From the NCBI GenBank assembly GCA_013426185.1, contig CP058602.1:463123-527122 (forward strand): a stretch of 64,000 bases of DNA, written 5' to 3'. The notes beneath the pieces were generated by a model. It saw nothing but the letters and a program-made list of their open reading frames with translations. It ran no database searches and was not told the DNA's origin. The DNA is from Candidatus Woesebacteria bacterium. GTDB taxonomy: Bacteria > Patescibacteriota > Microgenomatia > UBA8517. Below, piece after piece: positions 9,292 to 17,118 of the stretch (positions are counted from its first letter, which is position 1; every line of letters starts with the position of its first letter). The translations under genes and the position numbers were made by a program.

Positions 9292-9487
9292 AATTACAAT
9301 CGATTTAACCCAGGCGGAGTTGGAGATCATACAAGACCTTCGCAAGATGTGCTATGGCAGGCTGACCATCTTCGTGCAGGATGGCAAGGCATTCCGAAAA
9401 GAAGTCACCGAATACAGGAAGCTCAACAAAGAGGGTAAGTTCAGTCCAGAGCGTGAGCAGCCAAAACCAAAGAGCGTAGAAATATAA
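9275..9487 (+). CDS. YezD/DUF2292-like small protein
   Basis: IIQDLRKMCYGRLTIFVQDGK...EVTE matches the YGxxxIxVQDG pattern. Confidence 0.6.
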   Translation: MSQTNKITIDLTQAELEIIQDLRKMCYGRLTIFVQDGKAFRKEVTEYRKLNKEGKFSPEREQPKPKSVEI

Positions 9488-9660
9488 TGCAATTAAGAAC
9501 CTACCCTACTCTCAAAAGCTGTAAAGAGGCTTGCTTCAGAAGCCCAGTCTACAGGACGCCAGTCAAACTCAAGAACGGACGGTGGGCAGCTATAACCTGG
9601 ATCGAACAAGCGGAATACGAGCGCAGATTCAAAAAGCGCTTGACTTACAAGAAGTTCTGA
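9487..9660 (+). CDS. Small basic hypothetical protein (57 aa, MQLRTYPTLKSCKEAC...)
   Basis: TAATG coupling with the upstream stop, read by eye. Confidence 0.5.
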   Translation: MQLRTYPTLKSCKEACFRSPVYRTPVKLKNGRWAAITWIEQAEYERRFKKRLTYKKF

Positions 9661-9667
9661 GTATTCT
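9640..9667 (+). promoter_or_regulatory. Putative sigma70 promoter for a near-leaderless moron
   Basis: TTGACT-16-TATTCT, ATG 8 nt downstream. Confidence 0.45.
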
Positions 9668-9675
9668 TTGGACTG

Positions 9676-9882
9676 ATGAAAAAAGCATTGCAATTTATTG
9701 GTGAAATAGCAGGCTACTGGCTCTGGCTGGCAATCTTCTGGGGTTTTCTAGCCATTGTGGCGCTGGGAATAAACACTGACGCAGGGCTGGCAATCCTCGC
9801 TTTGGCAACCTCAGTGATTATAGTAAAAACAGGATGGGCGATATTGAGCGGACTGGTTATAAACAGCACGAACCAGGTATAA
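9676..9882 (+). CDS. Small two-TM membrane protein (moron)
   Basis: Two hydrophobic helices. Confidence 0.65.
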   Translation: MKKALQFIGEIAGYWLWLAIFWGFLAIVALGINTDAGLAILALATSVIIVKTGWAILSGLVINSTNQV

Positions 9883-9915
9883 GAAAAAGGGCGTCAAATC
9901 GGAAAATTACTGCGC

Positions 9916-9975
9916 TTGACATTTAAGAAAAAAGGGTTAATACTTAATGTCAGAATGGTAGGAAAAGTAGGAAAA
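9916..9975 (+). promoter_or_regulatory. Putative sigma70 promoter plus GTAGGAAAA tandem repeat
   Basis: TTGACA-17-AATACT followed by GTAGGAAAA x2. Confidence 0.55.
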
Positions 9976-10108
9976 CTCCCACTATCATCGCCTCCTAAAA
10001 TAGCATTATCCCCTTGTTCAAACTCTCCCCTAATTCGAAGCCCAATACCCATCATATTGGGTGATTATTTATTTAAAACTAGAAAGGAGGTGAAAAAATA
10101 AAAAAGCT

Positions 10109-10894
10109 ATGAGGTATACGAAAAGATTGTTCGTAATCCTTCCCCTACTTGCCGTTGCCGTGCTTGTCGGGTATGGTCTCTCAAGGACACAGCCCGTCGG
10201 AGCGCAGCAAGACCCAAAGCAAGCTAGGATTGAGGCTTTAGAGCAGAAACTCAAGGATGTAACCGCTGAGGCGATGAAAAACGGCGAATTTACCATCAAC
10301 AAGTATGGTGAGAGAGTATTCGCTGGGAAGACCGCTGAGGAAGTCCGCCGAGTCGAGAAGGAAGTATACAACGAAATACTGGAGCTTACCGCACGACCCG
10401 CTGAAGACAGAGCAAAAACTGTCGAAGCCATCACCGCATGGAACGACAGATTCCTCTACACTGTAGAAGGACAGCCTGTCCAGCACCCCGTGTATGGAGG
10501 CAGACCAGGAGCAGTTCAAGGATTCAAAAAGCTCGCAGCCGAAACCTACTACTCTGAGGATTACCTATTCACAGTTGATGTCCAAACCAACAAAGTGCTT
10601 GAGGTCTACATGAGACCGAAAGAAGTTGGTGAACCTGCAGCCTTTGAGGACATGACTCCACGCTATAACCAGGCTCAATTGGAAGCGATGGCAAGGAAAC
10701 TTGTCGACGCTCAAAACTTGGGAGTGGATCTGGACTCCCTGCAGCTCGAAAGAGGTCAGAAGGTAGGGACATACTTCTTCCGCTGGACGGGAGAAAAAAC
10801 CTCAGAGGGTCAAAGACCATTTATTCAAGTGGGCTTGACCCAGGGCGGACAACTGATCGGCTATACCAATGCAGGCTTTTTTGAGGGTCTATGA
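10109..10894 (+). CDS. Secreted/surface protein (PepSY/YcdB-like fold suspected); paralog of 12214..12960
   Basis: Signal peptide; shared FT(V/I)DxxTN, TPRY and GGQ motifs. Confidence 0.8.
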   Translation: MRYTKRLFVILPLLAVAVLVGYGLSRTQPVGAQQDPKQARIEALEQKLKDVTAEAMKNGEFTINKYGERVFAGKTAEEVRRVEKEVYNEILELTARPAEDRAKTVEAITAWNDRFLYTVEGQPVQHPVYGGRPGAVQGFKKLAAETYYSEDYLFTVDVQTNKVLEVYMRPKEVGEPAAFEDMTPRYNQAQLEAMARKLVDAQNLGVDLDSLQLERGQKVGTYFFRWTGEKTSEGQRPFIQVGLTQGGQLIGYTNAGFFEGL

Positions 10895-11508
10895 TAAAAA
10901 CTTTATCAAAAATTCTCTTCGCTTTAGCATTGGTAGCCATCGTTGGGCTGGCAGGTACAAGGGGTGCTTTGGCGTACAACGAAAGAACTATCATCTGTAC
11001 TGGTGGTAATTACTTCGATAGATATGGTCCGAGCGAATACTGGTGGGAACACGGCAGTATGGGTTGGTGTAATGCGCCAGCTGACTACGATTGGTGTGAG
11101 AATAGGCAATGCGCTCACAACTCACCTTATAACCAGGTGACCCGCAGTATGTGGAAGACTTACTCAGGTTGCTCTCTGAGTAACTACGCCAGATGGAACA
11201 TGGGCAACATCGCCCAGTGGAGTTACTGGTATGCTTTCATACCCAGCAACTACGCCACAACAACCAGAGCGCCTTATACGGTTACCTACAATGGAGGAAG
11301 TAGCTACTCGTTCGAGATCAACCAGAATAACTTTTACAACTATTGGGTTTCATTCCCAACAGGAGAGAATCGTTATCAGATCATGAACACCTGGCTTGAC
11401 GACGATACTTGTGAATCCCCCTCAACCCAGATCGGTTTTGATGAGACCGAAATCTGTCACGAGGCAAGCCAGTGGAGCGCTTACTGTCCTGGTAACCACG
11501 CACCCTAA
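10891..11508 (+). CDS. Secreted Cys/Trp/Tyr/Asn-rich protein with a golvesin/carbohydrate-binding-like domain
   Basis: Signal peptide ending ALA; ATTTRAPYTV...INQ...WVS...IGFDE pattern. Confidence 0.7.
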   Translation: MIKTLSKILFALALVAIVGLAGTRGALAYNERTIICTGGNYFDRYGPSEYWWEHGSMGWCNAPADYDWCENRQCAHNSPYNQVTRSMWKTYSGCSLSNYARWNMGNIAQWSYWYAFIPSNYATTTRAPYTVTYNGGSSYSFEINQNNFYNYWVSFPTGENRYQIMNTWLDDDTCESPSTQIGFDETEICHEASQWSAYCPGNHAP

Positions 11509-11527
11509 AGCGGAGCGGAAGGTCAGA

Positions 11528-11560
11528 GTCAGTCCCCCGCAAGGGGGGCTGGCTTGTTTT
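11528..11560 (+). terminator. Intrinsic terminator
   Basis: GTCAGTCCCCC-GCAA-GGGGGGCTGGC followed by TTGTTTT. Confidence 0.8.
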
Positions 11561-11562
11561 AG

Positions 11563-11618
11563 GGGAAAAGTTGGAAAAGTAGGAAAAAACTTGACTTCCT
11601 ACTAGATTTGATGATAAT
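11563..11618 (+). promoter_or_regulatory. Sigma70 promoter with upstream 9-bp tandem repeats and an inverted repeat bracketing the -35
   Basis: GGAAAAGTTGGAAAAGTAGGAAAA; TTGACT-16-GATAAT; GTAGGAA...TTCCTAC. Confidence 0.6.
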
Positions 11619-11644
11619 TAGGGTACAATTAAGCTATAAGACTT

Positions 11645-12211
11645 ATGCAAAGCACGAAAGCCAAGCCGAACCGATTAGCAGAAATAATCATAGCAGCCAT
11701 CCTCCTCCTTGCTGTTAGCGCAGGTTCATATGCCTACTTCAGCTACAGGCAAAGCAGATTTGCACCCCCAGATGTAACTGCAGGTAAAGAGATAGAAGAC
11801 TACTTCATCGAAAAAATGGGCATGACAGCAGAAGAAGCTAGGAAAAACGCAGAAAATGGAGTCTCCTTTTATGTCACCGAGAATACCACTCTTGACGGAA
11901 TTATAGGCAATCTTTACTACTATGGCTTTGTTAAAGATGAGGCAGCCTTGAGAGAAGCACTAGCGAAAACCAAAGACATTACTCCAGGCAAAGAAGGGGC
12001 AATCGCTATCCCAACAAGCGATCCAGACAAGGAAGGCATCAACACAATTGACATTAACGCCTATTACGGGCTGAAAAAAGGCATGACCGCTTGGGAGATC
12101 GCTGACATTCTCCTTAACCAACCCACCTACCTGCAAGGCAGAACTTATAATTACCTGTTTATGCCAGGCATCCCAAAGAGAGAGCAACCGACAGAGAGAG
12201 GAGGTGAATAA
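11645..12211 (+). CDS. Membrane-anchored protein with MltG/YceG N-terminal-like domain (no catalytic domain evident)
   Basis: TM; IIGNLYYYGFVKD...AL and YGLKKGMTAWEIADIL resemble the MltG N-terminal region. Confidence 0.55.
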   Translation: MQSTKAKPNRLAEIIIAAILLLAVSAGSYAYFSYRQSRFAPPDVTAGKEIEDYFIEKMGMTAEEARKNAENGVSFYVTENTTLDGIIGNLYYYGFVKDEAALREALAKTKDITPGKEGAIAIPTSDPDKEGINTIDINAYYGLKKGMTAWEIADILLNQPTYLQGRTYNYLFMPGIPKREQPTERGGE

Positions 12212-12213
12212 GA

Positions 12214-12960
12214 ATGAAAGGAAAGCAGATATTGATGGCAGCGACTGTAGCTCTTGCCCTCGGAGCGTTTGCTTATAACTACCAAGCGAGCAAAGCAAAA
12301 GAGAGCGCCGTTGCAGTTGCAGCTGAGGATACGCAAGCCCAGCTTATAGCCCAAACAGAGGCGAACCTAGCAAGTATCGAAGACAAAGACTCTCAGGAGT
12401 ATAAAGACGCAAAGGAGCAATACTGCCTCTTAAAATCCAGACCAGCAACTGAAAGAGAGCAGGCGGTAGCCAATGTGAAAGAGTTCCTGGGCATGCCAGA
12501 GGTTGAGGTAAAATTCACCTGCGGAAGGGGTAACTATGAGTATTACGAGGCAGATAGATGGGCTTTTACCATCGACCCAGAAACTAACTACATCATTGAG
12601 AAAACCGAAGCGGAACGCAGATGGGGAGAAAACGCAGACGGCACACACTGGTTTGAAGAAGCGCCAGAGTATGACTATACTCCCCGCTACAGTGCAGAAG
12701 AAGCGGGCGAAGTCGCCGAGAAATTCATTGCTGACCATAAAAACATCTTCGGCGTCGATATCACCAGTATGACCAAAGAGTATCAGGGCATGAAGGACGG
12801 CGGAGACGGAATCACTCCAGGTAAGCTGGTGAATTACTTTTACGCCTGGAGAACGAAAGATAAAAACGGCAAAACTACGGCACTGATCAATGTAACCATC
12901 ACCAGTGGCGGGCAGATAGTTGTTTACGACAATGACACCTACGACCTGGCAAAAAACTAA
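12214..12960 (+). CDS. Secreted/surface protein; paralog of 10109..10894
   Basis: Signal peptide, GGAGGTGA SD, shared motifs. Confidence 0.8.
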   Translation: MKGKQILMAATVALALGAFAYNYQASKAKESAVAVAAEDTQAQLIAQTEANLASIEDKDSQEYKDAKEQYCLLKSRPATEREQAVANVKEFLGMPEVEVKFTCGRGNYEYYEADRWAFTIDPETNYIIEKTEAERRWGENADGTHWFEEAPEYDYTPRYSAEEAGEVAEKFIADHKNIFGVDITSMTKEYQGMKDGGDGITPGKLVNYFYAWRTKDKNGKTTALINVTITSGGQIVVYDNDTYDLAKN

Positions 12961-12980
12961 GACCAGATCGAACATAAAGG

Positions 12981-13004
12981 TCTAGCCCTAAGCAAAGGGC
13001 TAGA
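12981..13004 (+). terminator. Hairpin, probable terminator
   Basis: TCTAGCCCT-AAGCAA-AGGGCTAGA; weak U tail. Confidence 0.5.
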
Positions 13005-13008
13005 TCAG

Positions 13009-13037
13009 TTGCAAATTAATTTAAAGAAGCCTATAAT
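13009..13037 (+). promoter_or_regulatory. Sigma70 promoter of the thermonuclease moron
   Basis: TTGCAA-17-TATAAT. Confidence 0.7.
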
Positions 13038-13060
13038 TCAGGTATTAATCAGGAAAATGA

Positions 13061-14062
13061 ATGAAAGGATTACTCGAAGGTAAGCGAAAACTGATTATAA
13101 TTCCTCTGATAGGGATTTTATCCCTAGCATTTCTTCCGATTGCCATAGGACTGGGAGCTGGCTGGTTCGTTTATAAAAAGGTCGGCAGCTCGAAATTAAA
13201 GTATTCCTTCTTGGCGATAATTGCTCTATTTACTTTAACCTTTGGTGGAGTGTGGATTTCAGCCATGACCTCCCCCAGCAAGCCAGAGCGAAACCAAGAG
13301 CAAACGACACAAGCCACCCCTACCCCAGAAGCGCAAACAACAGCCGTTGAGACAACCAAAGAGCCATCTCCTACCCAGGAATTGACCACTCCCACAAACA
13401 TGCAGACCGCTAAAATGACCAGGGTCATTGACGGCGACACAATCGATGTTTCGTTTGACGGCAAAACAGAGAGAATCAGGATTATAGGAATTAACACACC
13501 AGAGACAGTCGACCCCAGAAAACCAGTAGAATGCTTCGGACAAGAAGCCTCAGCTAAGGCAAAAGAGTATCTTGCGGATAAAACAGTGCAGCTGGAAGCC
13601 GATCCAACTCAGGGTGAGAGAGACAAATACAATCGCCTTTTGAGGTATGTGTGGATAGACAACGGCACTGTCGATTTTGGCAAACTGATGATCGCCACAG
13701 GTTATGCCTACGAATACACCTATAATCTCCCCTATAAATATCAAGCAGAATATAAGCAGGCGCAGAAGGACGCAGAGCAAGGCAAAAAAGGACTATGGGC
13801 AGATGACGCCTGTCCCGTTGCTACCACAAAACCCACTGCAAAACCTGTTACGCAACCAACAAGCGCACCGACACAAACGACCACATCGGGAGGCGGAGCG
13901 TGCAAATACTCCTGCACCAGCCCAGACCGAGATTGCTCGGATTTCTCCTCCCACGCCGAAGCGCAAGCATTCTTTGATTGCTGCGGATTTACAGCCACCA
14001 ACGATCCAATGAAACTGGACTCAGTAGGAGTTGGAGACGGCGTAGCGTGTGAATCAATTTAA
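13061..14062 (+). CDS. Membrane-anchored thermonuclease (SNase) with C-terminal Excalibur-like Ca-binding domain
   Basis: RVIDGDTI, IRIIGINTPET, DKYNRLLRYV, AEQGKKGLW; DRDCSDF...DGVACE. Confidence 0.9.
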   Translation: MKGLLEGKRKLIIIPLIGILSLAFLPIAIGLGAGWFVYKKVGSSKLKYSFLAIIALFTLTFGGVWISAMTSPSKPERNQEQTTQATPTPEAQTTAVETTKEPSPTQELTTPTNMQTAKMTRVIDGDTIDVSFDGKTERIRIIGINTPETVDPRKPVECFGQEASAKAKEYLADKTVQLEADPTQGERDKYNRLLRYVWIDNGTVDFGKLMIATGYAYEYTYNLPYKYQAEYKQAQKDAEQGKKGLWADDACPVATTKPTAKPVTQPTSAPTQTTTSGGGACKYSCTSPDRDCSDFSSHAEAQAFFDCCGFTATNDPMKLDSVGVGDGVACESI

Positions 14063-14068
14063 AACCAC

Positions 14069-14098
14069 TTGCATTTTTCTTTGAGACTTTGTTAGAAT
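14069..14098 (+). promoter_or_regulatory. Promoter upstream of portal
   Basis: TTGCAT-18-TAGAAT with extended TG. Confidence 0.6.
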
Positions 14099-14117
14099 GA
14101 AGGCAGCAAAGTAATCC

Positions 14118-14186
14118 GCCTGACGAATTTATCGGGGCTTAGGTTTTTTTACTCACCAGAGTAGGAAAACCCAAGCCCCGTTTTTT
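14118..14186 (+). promoter_or_regulatory. Leader attenuator 1: conserved 22-nt element overlapping an intrinsic terminator
   Basis: GCCTGACGAATTTATCGGGGCT identical to 17119-17140; hairpin CGGGGCTT...AAGCCCCG followed by T6. Confidence 0.75.
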
Positions 14187-14201
14187 ATTGGAGAAAAACC
14201 T

Positions 14202-16073
14202 ATGCCAGAAGTCAAAGAAGAAAAAGTCACACAACCAGGGCGCTACGAACCGCCAGAAGCAGACGCAAAACTTATCGAGAAGTGGCAAAAAAGGTTCAAG
14301 CGAGCTAAAGAATTCCGAGAGCCATACCAGGCAAAATGGCTGAGGCTGTATCAGTTATACCGAGCCTACCAGCACAAGGTTAACTACGCCTACAATACCC
14401 GCCTGATGCCCCCGATTGCCTTCGAAATCGTCAAAACAGTCGTGTCCAGGCTGGCAAGCGCCAAGCGCAAGACAAGAATCCTGCCAAGAGAGAAAACCGA
14501 CCTTAACTCCCCAGCGCTGGATTCCTGGGATAACCTAGTCAACTACGACTTTGACATCATCGACCTGGCAAAGAAACTCCCCAGCTGGATCGAAGCCTCA
14601 ACCTTATACGGCAACGGCATCGTGAAGCTGGCATGGAAAGTGCTGACCACAACTGATAACGATGGAAAGGTAACTACAATTTTTGATGACCCCAGCATGA
14701 GCCTGTGTGATCTGTGGGATATCCTCCCCGCTCCTGAAACCACCGACCTGCAGGAGGACTGTCCCTGGTTAATCCACCGCATCGTCAAACCCAAAGCCCG
14801 AATCGAAAAAGAAGAAAAAGCCAGAGGCGAAAATAGGATTTATAAAAACCTGGAGTATGTCGAAGACAAGATCGTCGAAGACTGGAAGAAAGAGCGCTAC
14901 GAGATAAACGCCAAAAAGATGGCTCAGATGGGCGGGGGCGAAAAGGAAAACGCATCAGGCGAGAGCAAAATCCTCCCCGAAAAGTCCGAAGGCGAAAAGC
15001 AGGTCGAAATCTGGGAATGCTGGGACTGGGAAGACGACAAGCTCGTCGTGATTATGAACCAGGAAGTCCTCACCAGGGATGACGAGAACCCATACCTTGC
15101 GATCAACGGTGGGCGGATCTTCGTCGACCTGCCAGACATGCCTCTGCTTTGGGAATTCTGGGCGACAGGTCACATTGAACCAGTCGAAACCACTATTCTG
15201 GAGATCGCAGACCTTCGTAACCAGCGTATGGATGACATCGTTCTTATGCTTGACCCAGTAGTCAAAATCAGGAAGGAATCAGGCATAACCAAAAACGATA
15301 TAGTCTTTGCGCCAGGCGCAGTCTGGGAGCTGAGGAAAATGGACGACGCCGTAATAGAAAGACCGCCTGAAATAAGCCTCATGGGAGTAAACGAAGACAA
15401 ACTGATGCGAGACGAGATAAGCCGAACCCTGGCACTTGGCGAGTATATGCAGGGCATACCACAAAGCGCACAAGAGCCACTCGGCAAGGTGGCAATGCTT
15501 CTGGGGCAAAGCAACCTGCGCCTGAGCATGAATGCCCAGAACATCGGGATCGCACTCACCCAGGTAGCCAACATCCTCATCGAAATGAACCGAGAGTTTA
15601 TCGATAAAGACAAGCTCTATCGAGTCGTGGGCGAGGAAGTCGACTTCAAAGAATTCAAGGCAAAGGATAAAGAGGTAAAGGTAGATGCCATCGTCACAGT
15701 TGACCCAGTCATTCCACCCGACCAAACAGCCAGAATAAACCAAATCCTAATGCTCTACGACAAGCTAATCGCCCAAGACAAACCCAACTCCAACGACGAA
15801 AATGAGGTAAAAGTCTGGCTCAAGAGAAAGAGAGAGCTGCAGAAGATGTTGCTGGAGGAGCTGGATCTCGACTCTTATATTGAGGTATTGCTGGGTGCAG
15901 AGCCAGCCGAGGCAGGCACGGAATCAACAGAGACGCCGACAGAACCCAGCGCCGTTGCCCCTGTGTCGCCCGCTGAAGGGTCTTTACCAGCAGAGACGGC
16001 TGGTAATGCCCTCCTAAACGGCATAAAGAGCCGTTTGCAGCAAATTCCCCTCCTAAATAGACTCGTAAGCTAG
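14202..16073 (+). CDS. Portal protein (podovirus type)
   Basis: 623 aa after terL; LYGNGIVK, DILPAPE, NQRMDDI...LDP and PGAVW patterns. Confidence 0.85.
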   Translation: MPEVKEEKVTQPGRYEPPEADAKLIEKWQKRFKRAKEFREPYQAKWLRLYQLYRAYQHKVNYAYNTRLMPPIAFEIVKTVVSRLASAKRKTRILPREKTDLNSPALDSWDNLVNYDFDIIDLAKKLPSWIEASTLYGNGIVKLAWKVLTTTDNDGKVTTIFDDPSMSLCDLWDILPAPETTDLQEDCPWLIHRIVKPKARIEKEEKARGENRIYKNLEYVEDKIVEDWKKERYEINAKKMAQMGGGEKENASGESKILPEKSEGEKQVEIWECWDWEDDKLVVIMNQEVLTRDDENPYLAINGGRIFVDLPDMPLLWEFWATGHIEPVETTILEIADLRNQRMDDIVLMLDPVVKIRKESGITKNDIVFAPGAVWELRKMDDAVIERPPEISLMGVNEDKLMRDEISRTLALGEYMQGIPQSAQEPLGKVAMLLGQSNLRLSMNAQNIGIALTQVANILIEMNREFIDKDKLYRVVGEEVDFKEFKAKDKEVKVDAIVTVDPVIPPDQTARINQILMLYDKLIAQDKPNSNDENEVKVWLKRKRELQKMLLEELDLDSYIEVLLGAEPAEAGTESTETPTEPSAVAPVSPAEGSLPAETAGNALLNGIKSRLQQIPLLNRLVS

Positions 16074-16095
16074 TAGTCAGAAAGGTAGGAAATGT

Positions 16096-16124
16096 TTGAC
16101 TTCCTCAGATAAAGTAGGTATGCT
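16096..16124 (+). promoter_or_regulatory. Sigma70 promoter of a moron
   Basis: TTGACT-17-TATGCT, preceded by GTAGGAAAT. Confidence 0.65.
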
Positions 16125-16135
16125 TACACTTGCCA

Positions 16136-16147
16136 GCTCTTTAACAA
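16136..16147 (+). promoter_or_regulatory. boxA-like Nus antitermination element
   Basis: GCTCTTTAACAA matches the bacterial boxA consensus just after the predicted +1. Confidence 0.55.
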
Positions 16148-16164
16148 CTTAAGGAGAGTGTCAG

Positions 16165-16554
16165 ATGAAGAAACGACTGATGGCAGCACTGCTCCTCGTA
16201 GCAGTGGCTCTAACGACTGTAGTGGGCGTCGCCTACGCAGTCACCCAACCTGTCGAGTGGGCGGACAACCCCAATAGCTGGCGATACTCGCTAGACTACA
16301 TGGGGATGGGGTATGCAGAATGCGACTGGAACGATTACGGGTTCGAACTCGTCAAGACTTTCAGCGCAGACCCCGAACGCTACCGCATCTACTCCTTCAA
16401 CAGCCAGGTTGCCAACGCCTTCCGCAACAAATCCGTGATGGGCTATCAACTCGAAACACCCTACGATGCCTACATCTGCACAGGCTTCACGGATACCTGG
16501 AACGCAGGCGGTCCTGGTAATGTCGAGTCTTACCTATTCGTTTGGGTTCAGTAA
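16165..16554 (+). CDS. Secreted aromatic-rich protein (moron)
   Basis: AAGGAG SD; signal peptide ending AYA. Confidence 0.8.
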   Translation: MKKRLMAALLLVAVALTTVVGVAYAVTQPVEWADNPNSWRYSLDYMGMGYAECDWNDYGFELVKTFSADPERYRIYSFNSQVANAFRNKSVMGYQLETPYDAYICTGFTDTWNAGGPGNVESYLFVWVQ

Positions 16555-16691
16555 TAAGCTACTGATTACCCAGACAATCGTGTAACATCCATCTGAGAGC
16601 TGGCAAACGAGGAGGTAGACTATTTGTCTACATCATGCCTACATTGGCACACCAAACAGACACACTGTCTACCTCCTCAACTCTCTTAAAG

Positions 16692-16719
16692 TTGACAAAA
16701 AGAGTTAAATTGATATACT
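16692..16719 (+). promoter_or_regulatory. Sigma70 promoter
   Basis: TTGACA-16-TATACT with TG extension. Confidence 0.7.
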
Positions 16720-16733
16720 TAGAAAAGGAGAAT

Positions 16734-17060
16734 ATGAGAGACGAAAGAAAAAGCAAAAAAACAGCATTAAAACTTCTCCTCACCATCGCCATTGTCGCAA
16801 TCTTTTTTTACTATCTCTGGCAACAGGATATCGTAGGAAGCCAGGGAAAGCTCTACCCCACGAAAGAAAAAATGTGTGCCGAGTTTGCGCAGAGCTACCT
16901 GAGAACAATCCAAAAAGTCGAACCCAACTTCAACGATGAAAAATGGCAAAGAGCCGTCGACATTGAAACAGAGCTGCACAAACTTTGCACCCTTGATCTC
17001 TCCCAAGAAGCCATCAAAGGTTATAAACCCACTGCTTTGGACAAATATCGAAACCAATGA
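16734..17060 (+). CDS. Single-TM membrane protein (moron)
   Basis: AAGGAG SD before MRDERK; TM followed by a domain with 2 Cys. Confidence 0.75.
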   Translation: MRDERKSKKTALKLLLTIAIVAIFFYYLWQQDIVGSQGKLYPTKEKMCAEFAQSYLRTIQKVEPNFNDEKWQRAVDIETELHKLCTLDLSQEAIKGYKPTALDKYRNQ

Positions 17061-17064
17061 TCAC

Positions 17065-17094
17065 TTGACATTTGTTGCCAGGGTTTATTACAAT
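17065..17094 (+). promoter_or_regulatory. Promoter of the head/tail operon
   Basis: TTGACA-18-TACAAT. Confidence 0.65.
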
Positions 17095-17118
17095 GAAAAT
17101 AGTTAAATAGAAGACCAA

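Noticed and set aside
9916-10101. 61-aa ORF starting at TTG 9916 (and the similar 11396..11605 ending GKVGKVGK)
   Set aside because: The TTG is the -35 box, and the GKVGK peptide is just translation of the DNA repeat
14118-14180. CTGACGA as a hammerhead ribozyme core (CUGANGA)
   Set aside because: No stem II followed by GAAA and no stem I/III arrangement in either copy; the terminator overlap explains the layout better
16635-16733. N-terminal extension of the 16635..17060 ORF
   Set aside because: It spans a hairpin and a consensus promoter; the SD supports a start at 16734
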